A stretch of DNA of 36,574 bases from Nemertoderma westbladi (lineage: Eukaryota; Animalia; Xenacoelomorpha): the NCBI GenBank assembly GCA_032718475.1, contig JAUCBJ010008595.1:1-36574 (forward strand). Direction: 5' to 3'. Positions within the stretch are counted from its first letter, which is position 1. Every line of letters begins with the position of its first letter. Shown piece after piece: positions 25,244 to 36,574 of this stretch. Both the position numbers and the translations under genes were made by a program. The notes beneath the pieces were generated by a model. The model ran no database searches and was not told the origin of the DNA. It saw only the letters and a list, made by a program, of their open reading frames with translations.

Positions 25244-26259
25244 AACTCTCGCGTAACTTCGTCGCCACGTTGAACAACCTCGGCTCAGCAGTTACTACCG
25301 CGGTCGCCCCGGTGCGCCTCCACGATCTACGAACCCCGTGAGGGTGAGCGCGTCCTGTAGATCGCTCCCCCGCTCTGCTCGGCTACCGTCGACCAGTCGC
25401 CCTGCATGGAGGCCGACAAAGGATATTCGAGGCGATTCGGGTCACCGCACACCAGGAACCCGACAATCAAGACTCCGTGACCACGTATACGACGTACTCG
25501 CCCGCGCTCCAGTCCTCGTCGACATCATACGGCTATACTACTCAGCTGATAAAGCCCTATGCCGCTATCAGCATAAGCTACATTATATTATTACAGTATT
25601 ATTATATTACGGGTACATCTAAATTTAAATTTCCCACTACAACATACACAACAAACGTCCTTGTGATTGGTTCATAGGCAAGCACCTACGCAAGAAATTC
25701 CTACGCCAAAAAACAATTCTGGCCTATGCGTAAACCTACGCGTAGCTACGCGTAGACCTACGTATACGCAGTAAAGTCAAACCCCCAGAATACACTTGCT
25801 GAAGTCAGACAGTGCTGAGTTGTTGGTTGTTGCTGTACATTCCTGCAGTCTAGTACCGGTACCATACTCTAATGAACCAGTACTGCATTCTGACTGTAAG
25901 TAGAAATTTCAGCCTAAGCAGATTTCTGCCTTTATTGCTGTATTGGACTGCATGGCCATGTATTTAGGTCGCCTTGAGTAATACACTGAACACTGCAGTA
26001 ACCAGCACTTTAACTTGGATATATTTGTATGTTTTTTTTTGGTTAGGGTTAGTTGGTCAGGCCCAAACCCTAATTAAAACTGTCATGTAACCGGATTAGA
26101 TAAGGCTCTAATCTAAGAAATGTTGTGGAATTTTGGACCCTATTTGCAAATTGCAACAATCTGTGTATATCGCTTAAAATTAAATACACCCAAATAGGCC
26201 TTATTACAGTATTAATTAATATGCTAGTACAGTAGTACCCGTACTGGTGTGATGGAAGA

Positions 26260-26940
26260 ATGACCGGGTCTCCTCCAAATCCTCCAGGTTTCCCCTCAAT
26301 TAATCCCCCTTTAATTGCCCCCCCTCACCTCCCCGATGGATACGCGGCAACACCTTACGACCCACACTCCACATCAGTAGGCCCCAATCCATCTCCGCAA
26401 TACTGGAACCCAGTATACAGACAGTGGATGTCGCCTACTGCAGCGGAACGGCGCGCAAGTATGTCGGCGCGGCGGCGCGCCCTCAGACAGTACGGAGCGC
26501 CGGCCGGATTACTCGCCGGTACCGTCGGATTCCTCCTCGGCGGTTCCGGCGTCGTCAGGGCAACCCGCGGGGCAGCCGCCGCTGTTACCGGGGTGATAGT
26601 GGCGCAGGAGGCCACGCGTCGAAGCTGCTTGCGGGATATACTAGGGAGTATGGAGGACTCCCCGATGGGGGATATGGTACGACAGTTCGGTAAGCTGCCA
26701 GGGGATACTCCTAAGTCAGCATGGACTGATCAGCGATCGGGAGAGCAGACCGTTAGCTCGGAACCAGTTTGGGAAACTAACCCGAAACAAGATGAAATAA
26801 TCACCGATTTACCGTACGAGACACATTGGGGCCTAGGTGAGAACGAAACTGTGTTCAATGAAGGTTCTACGCAGAGTAATAAAAACTTCGATGAAGAATA
26901 TGAATTTTCAGATCAATCACGGAATACTAAGTTTAGATAG
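26260..26940 (+). CDS. OCIA-domain-like (OCIAD1/asrij-like) membrane protein, 226 aa, intronless
   Basis: GC-rich ATG-initiated ORF; Pro-rich N-terminus, two small-residue hydrophobic helices, then SCLRDILGSMEDSPMGDMVR resembling the OCIA motif C..K...L.NSPLGEALR; acidic tail. The family call is by eye. Confidence 0.6.
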   Translation: MTGSPPNPPGFPSINPPLIAPPHLPDGYAATPYDPHSTSVGPNPSPQYWNPVYRQWMSPTAAERRASMSARRRALRQYGAPAGLLAGTVGFLLGGSGVVRATRGAAAAVTGVIVAQEATRRSCLRDILGSMEDSPMGDMVRQFGKLPGDTPKSAWTDQRSGEQTVSSEPVWETNPKQDEIITDLPYETHWGLGENETVFNEGSTQSNKNFDEEYEFSDQSRNTKFR

Positions 26941-27494
26941 CTACGGGTACAGCTAGCACTGTGCCCACACACACACATCGTTGTTTAGATAGCTACGGGT
27001 ACAGCTAGCACTGTGCCCACACACACATCGTTGTTTAGATAGCTACGGGTACAGCTAGCACTGTGCCCACACACACACATCGTTGTTTAGATAGCTACGG
27101 GTACAGCTAGCACTGTGCCCACACACACATCGTTGTTTAGATAGCTACGGGTACAGCTAGCACTGTGCCCACACACACACATCGTTGTTTAGATAGCTAC
27201 GGGTACAGCTAGCACTGTGCCCACACACACACATCGTTGTTTAGATAGCTACGGGTACAGCTAGCACTGTGCCCACACACACATCGTTGTTTAGATAGCT
27301 ACGGGTACAGCTAGCACTGTGCCCACACACACACATCGTTGTTTAGATAGCTACGGGTACAGCTAGCACTGTGCCCACACACACACATCGTTGTTTAGAT
27401 AGCTACGGGTACAGCTAGCACTGTGCCCACACACACACATCGTTGTTTAGATAGCTACGGGTACAGCTAGCACTGTGTCCACACACACATCGTT
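26931..27494. repeat. Minisatellite, 11 copies of a 50/52-bp unit
   Basis: GTTTAGATAGCTACGGGTACAGCTAGCACTGTGCCC(AC)4-5ATCGTT; units differ almost only in AC number. Confidence 0.97.
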
Positions 27495-28723
27495 ACGTTT
27501 GTGGGTTAAAATATGCTGTAAAATAGTAAAAGTACTGCATAATTTAATAGTATGTTTTGTTAATAATTGTCCGAAATTTATAATAGGGTTGGTGCGCGAA
27601 AAAATTGTTGGGCTAGAAACAATCGAATAAGGGGTAACAAGGTGCCCTGAATCGAGTGGCGGTGTGTGTTTTTATAATAACACGTGGAAACGTTCGAAAT
27701 TGCGGGTTTAAGTAAGCCCGGGAAGCCAATATTGAAAATCGGCTGTGATTGGCTGCTACATATTTGACGTCACTATGCAGTGTTCAGATAATTTCTTATA
27801 TTGTTTTCTATGGAGGGAGGCATTTAAATACACATTTAATCTTAATCATTTTACACAAGGCTTATATCAATTGAAAGCGGAGAGTCTTGCGCGTCTTTTA
27901 ACACTACAATTAATTAAATTCATGGTGATGAATAGAATATTGATATAATGAATCAACTCACAATTATTAAGTCATTTATATTGATTGGCAAACAAAATAA
28001 CAATATATATTAAGATACCTTCTGAATTCCGGATTCATTTTTTCATTTAAATATAGAAACTTTTGTTTCGATATAGTCTTATATTCTATTAATATAGATT
28101 TTATTATTTTATATAGATTTTGTCTCATTATTTAACGAAGGATTTTTAGATTTGGTGATCAAGCCTTTGCATTCAACAATAAATGACTATTTACTGAATA
28201 CATCTTACCTCTACCAAAACTAACAGATTATTAATGTTTTCAGGGAGGATTAAGAAAAAAAATAAACTAAATTATGTGAATTATTTTTGGATGAAAAAAT
28301 AAATAAACTATGATTGATAAATAAACATAAGTAAGTTGTAATGTAATTATTGGTTGTAAAAATTAATAAAGTAAATTAAGAAAATTTTCATAGGTTAAGA
28401 AAATAAATTAAGTAAATTTTGATAGGTTAAGAAAATAAATTAACTAAATTAAGGCAGTAATCTCTGATTGGTGGAAAAATTAATTAACTATAAATAAATT
28501 AAATATTCTGATTGGTTGAAACATTGTAAATTCAGATTAACAAGATACATGCTGTAGGACTAATAATCAAACAGCAGTCAGACTGTATATCACTCCACTC
28601 TGACTAAGGAAGTAGTCCAATATCTGACTAGCCTAACAGTCATACTGGGTAATTTAGCGTGTTATGTTATTTTTTCAACCAATCAGAATTAAGAATCATT
28701 TCACTATCGTATCTGTACTCTAA

Positions 28724-29030
28724 AGCCTCGTTCACATCCAACGGTGCGTGAGCGGTAAAGTAGTCTAGCGGTATTGAAGCGGTAAGCCAGCGGTACACTA
28801 CCCGGAGCCCGTTCACACCCAACGGTACCGTTGCGGTAACTGATTGTCTATCTGTCGACTGTAAATTCAACAAGAAATTACATTAATTATTTTAACATTG
28901 TTTAAATGGGCTGCGGCAAACCGCGCGGTTTAGCGCACAACTACCTGTTGGGCCGTTCACAGTCAGCGGTGTACCGCTGGCCCTGCGGTACACCGCGCGG
29001 TGTACCGTTCCGTTGGATGTGAACGGGCCT
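28724..29030. mobile_element. MITE, probably PIF/Harbinger-type
   Basis: TIRs AGCCTCGTTCACATCCAACGG / AGGCCCGTTCACATCCAACGG flanked by TAA and TTA; internal GTTCACA..CGGT subrepeats. Confidence 0.8.
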
Positions 29031-29119
29031 TTACCAGGCTATTTCTCTACCGTACCTAATCTAATCTACAACAATTAATAATTAAATGCTTGAGTTAATA
29101 CAATTATTTTATTCTTTAA

Positions 29120-29221
29120 TGTCAAGCTGAAGTAAAAACCTTACCGGTAGGTTTTTATTTTAGTATTTGTATCGTACTGTACTTGCATACCTACCGGTAA
29201 GGTTTTTACTTCAGCTTGACA
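29120..29221. repeat. Perfect 33-bp inverted repeat with a 36-nt loop
   Basis: 29120-29152 is the exact reverse complement of 29189-29221. Confidence 0.92.
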
Positions 29222-31261
29222 ATTAATGAATAAATAATCTACAACAGCTGTACTGTATTTTATTTATACCTGTAACCTAGCAACGCATTCTAACCAGCTG
29301 TGCGTAGTTATTTCATCAACTTTTATAGTCCATTTTACTGTTGTGTATTGATATTAATTAAATGGTTATCTTGTTTAAAAAAAACAAAATGTACAAATCA
29401 AATTAGCCACCGTGAAAAAATAAAATCAGAATTTAGTTAATTTAGTTTGGTAAATAATTAAAGATAAAATTGTAGTATGATTGTTGTGCCATGAATGACT
29501 TTAGCATTAACTTCTGCTATTGTACATTAACCTTCTCGCATTTCTTTCCCCAAGCTCATGAATGGGGTGGTGTTGCATTGGAAAGGTGAGATTAACCTGG
29601 GGTGAAAAGTTATAAGACTTTATTAATAGTCGAGTCAATCTAGCAAAAAACCCGTAAGTATTTCGCAATCAATCCGAACCACATATTTTGGATTCTATAT
29701 TTAATACCTTGTAAAAGACCAAAAAAAGTCTATAAAATTTTAGAAAATTTCTAGAAAATTTTATTTTGCGGATCATAAGTTTATTCATGGACATTCTGCG
29801 TAAATTTGCAAACAAAAGGAACAGTAGGGAAGAGTAAGTAGCAACAGGATACGATACGATACGAAAACGGATTTTCTTATTTCGTATCGCAGTATTTTAT
29901 TCGTATCGTATCACAAAAAATTGACTTCGTATCGTATAATACGAATAAATATTTTTCGTATCTTATTATTTTGTAAATATTAATGTTTTCAACAATCAAA
30001 CCATAGATCACACCACTATTTCTTAAACGTGTTTTTCTCAAAATTGGTGTTTAAGTTAGTTTGCAGCTTACAGTATTATTATGTCAATAAAATGTGTAAG
30101 ACATGAGGATTGTTCATCACTATAGATATAGAATAATGATAAAAATACCACTGATAATATAGCTGATATATACAGTTTAAATAAATTCGTGATAAAAATT
30201 ATAATCGCGCCTACAAGGCATTCGTTGTTATGGCATTCTAGTGAGATAATAAAATAATTTAAACAGTTTTATTCTAGTATTATTAGTTTGACTTCGAAAT
30301 TGAAGTTTTGAATTTTATTCCATATTGGTACATCAAATTCAAAATTATTCCATAAATAACGGCAGTAGGCCAAGGTAGGGACAGTATGCAAAACGTGGAA
30401 TGATATTATGGTAACGCCTACTATTGTGCCGTGTTGCATAACGTCTTACTGGACTGAAACATTGAAATAAAAAAATATTTCCCTATTATAATAGAGATTT
30501 ATATGATTTTCTAAGAGTATTAGAAAATACAATACATACATTTATTTATTTGTGTAATTTATTTATTAGTTTTAGTTTAAAAATCACAATAGTTTATAAT
30601 ATAACAAATACATTTTTTGGGGATAAGGGTATACTATTTTTGAGGTCGATAAATCCGATGGGCGAGGTTACATCCACCCGTTTAGTAGAGAAGGAATGCA
30701 AATAAGCTCTCTATGTTGTAACAACAAAATTGATATTGAAACTGGTTAAATGATTAGACAAATTTCCGTTGCTCTAGAAACTAAATTGGTAACTATCTAG
30801 AAATCTTGAACAATCATATTTTGCACACTACGGTATAGCCTAATAATAATGTGTTACGATCGCAACAACAGCAATATTAATATAATCAGTATAATTTTTG
30901 CACAAACTAAGTAAATATAAAATAAATAACACTTACTACTGTAATATTATTATTTCTAATTAATTAATTATTCGAATAAACTTTTAATACTGCTCCAATA
31001 AATTTACATGGTAGTACTGGTGTACATCTGTAGCGCCACAGCCTGTACCGATACCGGTAGTGGTATCGGTATATTGCAACGTCACTAGTGCCTAGCAACC
31101 AGTCCAGCTGTGAGTTGAGCATTACTTGGACATTTTGAAAATAATTTTTTGCTGATTGATTGTGTACTTATTTTCCTACAATCCGAATGGATTATGGGTT
31201 GACCCGATTTCTTGGGTGGATTGACTCGCCTATAATTCCGATTGACCTCAATCGGAGCAAA

Positions 31262-31444
31262 TTACATTACCGTATAATGCTCGATTCAGGGGGGGGGGGG
31301 TATTCGAAGTGGGTGCTTAACTTCCTAATTTTGTGGTCCGAGGAGGGTGTTACATTACCGTATATGCTCGATTCAGGGTGGGGGGGGGGGGGGTATTCGA
31401 AGTGGGTGCTTAACTTCCTCATTTTGTGGTCCGAGGAGGGTGTT
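31262..31444. repeat. Tandem duplication of ~90 bp containing G-runs
   Basis: TTACATTACCGTAT...GGTCCGAGGAGGGTG occurs twice in tandem. Confidence 0.9.
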
Positions 31445-31752
31445 TATGTTATAGGCAGACTTGATCTGAACTGGCTTTTGAATTGGGTGCTGTTGCGTGT
31501 ATCAGTATCGGATTTTATAATTATTAATATTGCAATCCTTAACACCCCATCCCCTTACTTTTAGAAAGTATAATAATAATTCAATACTAATATGCACCAA
31601 CAACATAAACTAATGTATTTTGTAACGTTACAAAATGGTAACGTTAAAATGGTATTTACCATTCCGCTGGATCAGTATGGATAAATGTGGAACCAGGAAG
31701 GTCCACTTACTGTTTATGGAGTAATATAATAAGATTGATTTACTGTCAGAAA

Positions 31753-31820
31753 CTATCCATGTTGTTCATTTTTGTACCATCCTTCTTTGGATTTCAGCGC
31801 AAAAAGTCATGAGCGGATAA
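31753..31820 (-). promoter_or_regulatory. SECIS element (type II) in the SELENON 3'UTR
   Basis: Minus strand TTATCC-GCTC-ATGA-CTTTTTGCGCTG-AAA-TCC(AAAGAA)GGA-TGGTACAAAAA-TGAA-CAACAT-GGATAG: AUGA/GA kink-turn core, helix 2, apical AAA, ministem, helix 1. Confidence 0.85.
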
Positions 31821-31878
31821 TTACTAAATCCTCATATTATTATTCTGTATAAACAATAAATTCATATCATGTTAATTA

Positions 31879-33408
31879 TTATTCCTGCACTCCCTTATCG
31901 TCAGTAAACTCTCTAAGGAAGTTATAATAGAGCAAATCTGCGGGGTCGTTGAACATTCTTGTTTCCATGACAATTGAAGACGCTTTCTCCAGTAACTCAT
32001 TTGCGTTCACTGATCCTGCGATTGTGCCATTAGGATAGTGAATTATTATTTGGACAGGAAATGTGTAGGTAGAAATGGCTGCCTTTGCGGCCATCCAATG
32101 CGGTCCATTTTCCCTTTTAGATATCCGTTTCAAATCAACCAATAGGGACCACGAGTTGACAAATTTTTTTTCCATCAGCTCCACTATGATTGGGTGGGCC
32201 AATGATCCTTCACGCAAGGACCGGCCCGACCCTCAACACGATTGGTCGGTGAGGGCTCCCCACAGCACTATGCTGTGCACCAACAGACCACTAGATGAAG
32301 CTAAATTTAGGGCCGTTTCAAAATCATGATATTCCAATTTCCTAAAAGGGTAAAATTGTTTTTCAAGAACTGATTCGCAGTAACTCATCGACAGTTGCGT
32401 TTCCCAAGAAATATCGTTTTCAAAATGTTTAACACCTGATGCAATATCAAGATTATTGTTATTATTTGTAATAATTAGTTGAGATGGTCCTAAAGAATTT
32501 ATACCCATGTTTTTAACAAACCCTATATCAACATTGCTAGTTAAAGGTTCCTCGTTTTCTACTGCTACCCATTCCATATCTACATTCAGTGTTTTACTTT
32601 CTGGAACACTTACTTGAAATAGGGCTACTTTGCTGCCGTTTTTAGCTGCTACCAGCCTGCCAGCGAACTGCCCAGGGGTCACCCAGAAAGTATGGCGGGG
32701 AGGCAAATTCAACTGGAATTCTGCATGAAGTCGAAATACTACCTCAACCCAGTGTTCGCTGGTCGACCGTAAGATGGCGTGCATTCCAGTAGGACCGAAT
32801 CTTGGGGCCAAGAATGGTCGAGGATGCCACATCCTGAGTAAATGATAGAGCAGCTCGTTTATATTGCCAACCGGTGGTGGAGGTAGGAACTGGTTGTAAC
32901 CCTTAGAGTTACCAGATCCATCCATGAGCTTCCAGACATGGCCGGTTTTCGAGCCAACTGGAGGAAGGAGTTCACTAAAGTCGTTTGCGTTGAACAATTC
33001 TAATTGTTTACGAGGAGTTCTCCAGTCATTTAAAACAATATATTGTTCATTCGGTTTCCAATAGCTGGAAGACTTATCCTCATCTTTGAATGTCGTCACT
33101 CCAGTAAATGAAGTTTCTAAGACAATAACCTCTCTCGAGTAGTTAATTGGTTTTTCACGCAGACCAGTTGTCTCCCCGACCATGTATTGTGCTGCGATCC
33201 ATCCAACTATAGCGAACTCATTGGAATCGATGCACCCATCCAAGTTGCCATCCAATAATCGAAACACATCGGAAGAATCGTAACCTTCGGCTCTACCAAT
33301 AATCTTCAACAAACTGCTACGGACATCTCTGGTGGTAGATTTGTATGCTAATATCGATATCGCAACAACAACTATAGCCGTTGTCAAACAGAAATTCAAC
33401 CACGACAT
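31879..33408 (-). CDS. SELENON: Selenoprotein N, 509 aa, single exon, in-frame UGA = Sec at 32233-32235
   Basis: N-terminal TM helix, EF-hand DGNLDGCIDSNEF, FRLHAEFQLN, LNVDMEW and [24 protein letters not shown] (the SelN SCUG motif). ORFs 32233-33408 and 31879-32217 share one frame; SECIS downstream. Confidence 0.96.
32192..32232 (-). promoter_or_regulatory. Selenocysteine redefinition element (SRE) hairpin immediately 3' of the UGA
   Basis: GGGT-C-GGGCC-GGTCCTT(GCGTG)AAGGATC-ATT-GGCCC-ACCC folds into a ~16-bp stem; vertebrate SELENON has an SRE at the equivalent position. Confidence 0.8.
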
Positions 33409-34012
33409 AAAGATACTTCAAGCAAATATACAGTGCCAAAACTTCAGTTAGACCTAGTCTATGAGATTAATTATAATAATTAAAAAACAATTAATAATAT
33501 TAATTAATGATAATTGATTATTAACAACCATAAAAGTAGAGAACAACCAAACCAGTTAGTTCATCACCTAAACAATCATCTCAGTTTGTTGGTTTTAAAT
33601 AAAAATAATTATGATGACTTTATACTTCATGCGAAAACTTTATATCCCAACTAACTAATCCTAAATTTATAACTTAATCTTCGTTTTCAAGGTTAATTGA
33701 AATCCTGTTAGGTTACGTTTTGTTTCTTCTCTGTTTCAACTATCTCGTTATGGTAGACTCGATATATAACTAAAATTTCAGCGACAAGTAAATCACAACA
33801 ATTGTTATCAAATGAGATTTTGGAAAATCAATTGTATTAATTTATGGAGATAATGTAAAAATGTAATCATCTAGTACAACTGTAGATATAATTTAAGAAA
33901 TCCAGCAGAGAAAGGAAACATGAAATGGATTTGGAGTTATGGCTAATAAAAAATCTCCACCCTTAATAGTAATTCGATTGATGTGCGAGCGACGAATTCC
34001 CAATATATACAA

Positions 34013-35981
34013 CTAATTAATTAGCATTTGTAACACACTACGAGCTAGGTAATTAATTAGCATAGCTTTGTAACACACTACGAGCTAGGTAATTAATTAG
34101 CATAGCTTTGTAACACACTACGAGCTAGGTAATTAATTTGCATAGCTTTGTAACACACTACGAGCTAGGTAATTAATTAGCATAGCTTTGTAACACACTA
34201 CGAGCTAGGTAATTAATTAGCAGCTTTGTAACACACTACGAGCTAGGTAATTAATTAGCATAGCTTTGTAACACACTACGAGCTAGGTAATTAATTAGCA
34301 TAGCTTTGTAACACACTACGAGCTAGGTAATTAATTAGCATAGCTTTGTAACACACTACGAGCTAGGTAATTAATTAGCATAGCTTTGTAACACACTACG
34401 AGCTAGGTAATTAATTAGCATAGCTTTGTAACACATTACGAGCTAGGTAATTAATTAGCATAGCTTTGTAACACACTACGAGCTAGGTAATTAATTAGCA
34501 TAGCTTTGTAACACACTACGAGCTAGGTAATTAATTAGCATAGCTTTGTAACACACTACGAGCTAGGTAATTAATTAGCATAGCTTTGTAACACACTACG
34601 AGCTAGGTAATTAATTAGCATAGCTTTGTAACACATTACGAGCTAGGTAATTAATTAGCATAGCTTTGTAGCACACTACGAGCTAGGTAATTAATTAGCA
34701 TAGCTTTGTAACACACTACGAGCTAGGTAATTAATTAGCATAGCTTTGTAACACACGACGAGCTAGGTAATTAATTAGCATAGCTTTGTAACACATTACG
34801 AGCTAGGTAATTAATTAGCATAGCTTTGTAACACACTACGAGCTAGGTAATTAATTAGCATAGCTTTGTAACACACTACGAGCTAGGTAATTAATTAGCA
34901 TAGCTTTGTTACACATTACGAGCTAGGTAATTAATTAGCATAGCTTTGTAACACACTACGAGCTAGGTAATTAATTAGCATTTGTAACACACTACGAGCT
35001 AGGTAATTAATTAGCATAGCTTTGTAACACACTACGAGCTAGGTAATTAATTTTCATAGCTTTGTAACACACTACGAGCTAGGTAATTAATTAGCATAGC
35101 TTTGTAACACACTACGAGCTAGGTAATTAATTAGCATAGCTTTGTAACACACTACGAGCTAGGTAATTAATTAGCATAGCTTTGTAACACACTACGAGCT
35201 AGGTAATTAATTAGCATAGCTTTGTAACACACTACGAGCTAGGTAATTAATTAGCATAGCTTTGTAACACACTACGAGCTAGGTAATTAATTAGCATAGC
35301 TTTGTAACACACTACGAGCTAGGTAAATAATTAGCATAGCTTTGTAACACATTAAGAGCTAGGTAATTAATTAGCATAGCTTTGTAACACACTACGAGCT
35401 AGGTAATTAATTACCATAGCTTTGTAACACACTACGAGCTAGGTAATTAATTAGCATAGCTTTGTAACACACTACGAGCTAGGTAATTAATTAGCATAGC
35501 TTTGTAACACACTACGAGCTAGGTAATTAATTAGCATAGCTTTGTAACACATTACGAGCTAGGTAATTAATTAGCATAGCTTTGTAACACACTACGAGCT
35601 AGGTAATTAATTAGCATAGCTTTGTAACACACTACGAGCTAGGTAATTAATTAGCATAGCTGTGTAACACACTACGAGCTAGGTAATTAATTAGCATAGC
35701 TTTGTAACACATTACGAGCTAGGTAATTAATTAGCATAGCTTTGTAACACACTACGAGCTAGGTAATTAATTAGCATAGCTTTGTAACACATTACGAGCT
35801 AGGTAATTAATTAGCATAGCTTTGTTACACATTACGAGCTAGGTAATTAATTAGCATAGCTTTGTAACACACTACGAGCTAGGTAATTAATTAGCATAGC
35901 TTTGTAACACACTACGAGCTAGGTAATTAATTAGCATAGCTTTGTAACACATTACGAGCTAGGTAATTAATTAGCATAGCT
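34013..35981. repeat. Satellite array, ~49 copies of a 40-bp unit
   Basis: TAATTAATTAGCATAGCTTTGTAACACACTACGAGCTAGG, highly homogeneous, no spacers. Confidence 0.98.
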
Positions 35982-36574
35982 GTTCGCGCTTTCAGACCTT
36001 TGGCAGTTTAACCCGCCAAATTAGAATGTCTTCTAGATAATAAATCGCTTTTTAGTCTATGACAAGTATTTGATTCACTACACTAGTCGAAACCAATCCG
36101 TGCGCGACCATTCACCCGCTGGATATTCCCGGGAGATTGGGTTCGACGGTTTAATTTTATTGCTATGTAAGCCTAATGTATTATTCGACTGACAGTATTA
36201 TATATCTCTGACAATATTATTCACCTTCGGTAATATTAACAGTTCCTTTAGGACGTGGCGCTTTATCTATATAAACAGAGTTATGACTTAAACTACTCAC
36301 AACGATATGGCTTAATTATAATCCACATATATGACGCATTCTTTAGGAATTGCTTCTTTAACAGACTCACTCATACACTATGCTGCACAATACTGCACAC
36401 CAATCTGCCAATCTTCACTGATTTTAGTCACATATAAAAGGAACACAGGCTGACTCATGTAGGGTCTATCAAATAACATTAGATTCACTTCAAACCACTT
36501 TAACATAAGTCACAATCGTTTATCTGTAACCCTTCTCTCTTACCTTCGGTATATCAAGAACATTGGGTTTCGGG

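Noticed and set aside
29845-29962. Clustered ATACG/CGTAT words resembling DNA-transposon subterminal repeats
   Set aside because: No partner end or TSD found, so no element could be delimited.
31160-31564. 134-aa ORF with an internal repeat
   Set aside because: Produced by the ~90-bp tandem duplication and G-runs; non-ATG start.
34013-35981. CRISPR array (also considered for 26931-27494)
   Set aside because: Units are head-to-tail with no unique spacers, there are no cas genes, and the context is eukaryotic.

Overview
AT-rich, transposon-dense animal (probably invertebrate) genomic DNA; the species cannot be determined from the sequence. The left ~23 kb is nested retroelement material: two near-full-length minus-strand two-ORF LINEs (APE+RT; Proto2/RTE-group-like, clade tentative), a decayed Penelope-like element whose direct terminal repeats carry minimal hammerhead ribozymes and whose GIY-YIG domain is split by a Crack/L2-type LINE, plus remnants of a HECT-like gene and a DDE integrase. 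At 12.85-13.4 kb lies a ~530-bp non-coding insertion with a 12-bp TSD, 66-bp direct repeats, a tRNA-derived Pol III promoter and a canonical hammerhead ribozyme; this is the best candidate for a novel system (a retrozyme/SINE hybrid). The right part holds two convergent, intronless host genes: an OCIA-domain-like ORF and selenoprotein N (split by the ORF track at its UGA-Sec codon, with an SRE hairpin and SECIS). MITEs, a perfect hairpin and two tandem arrays (50/52-bp and 40-bp units) surround them.
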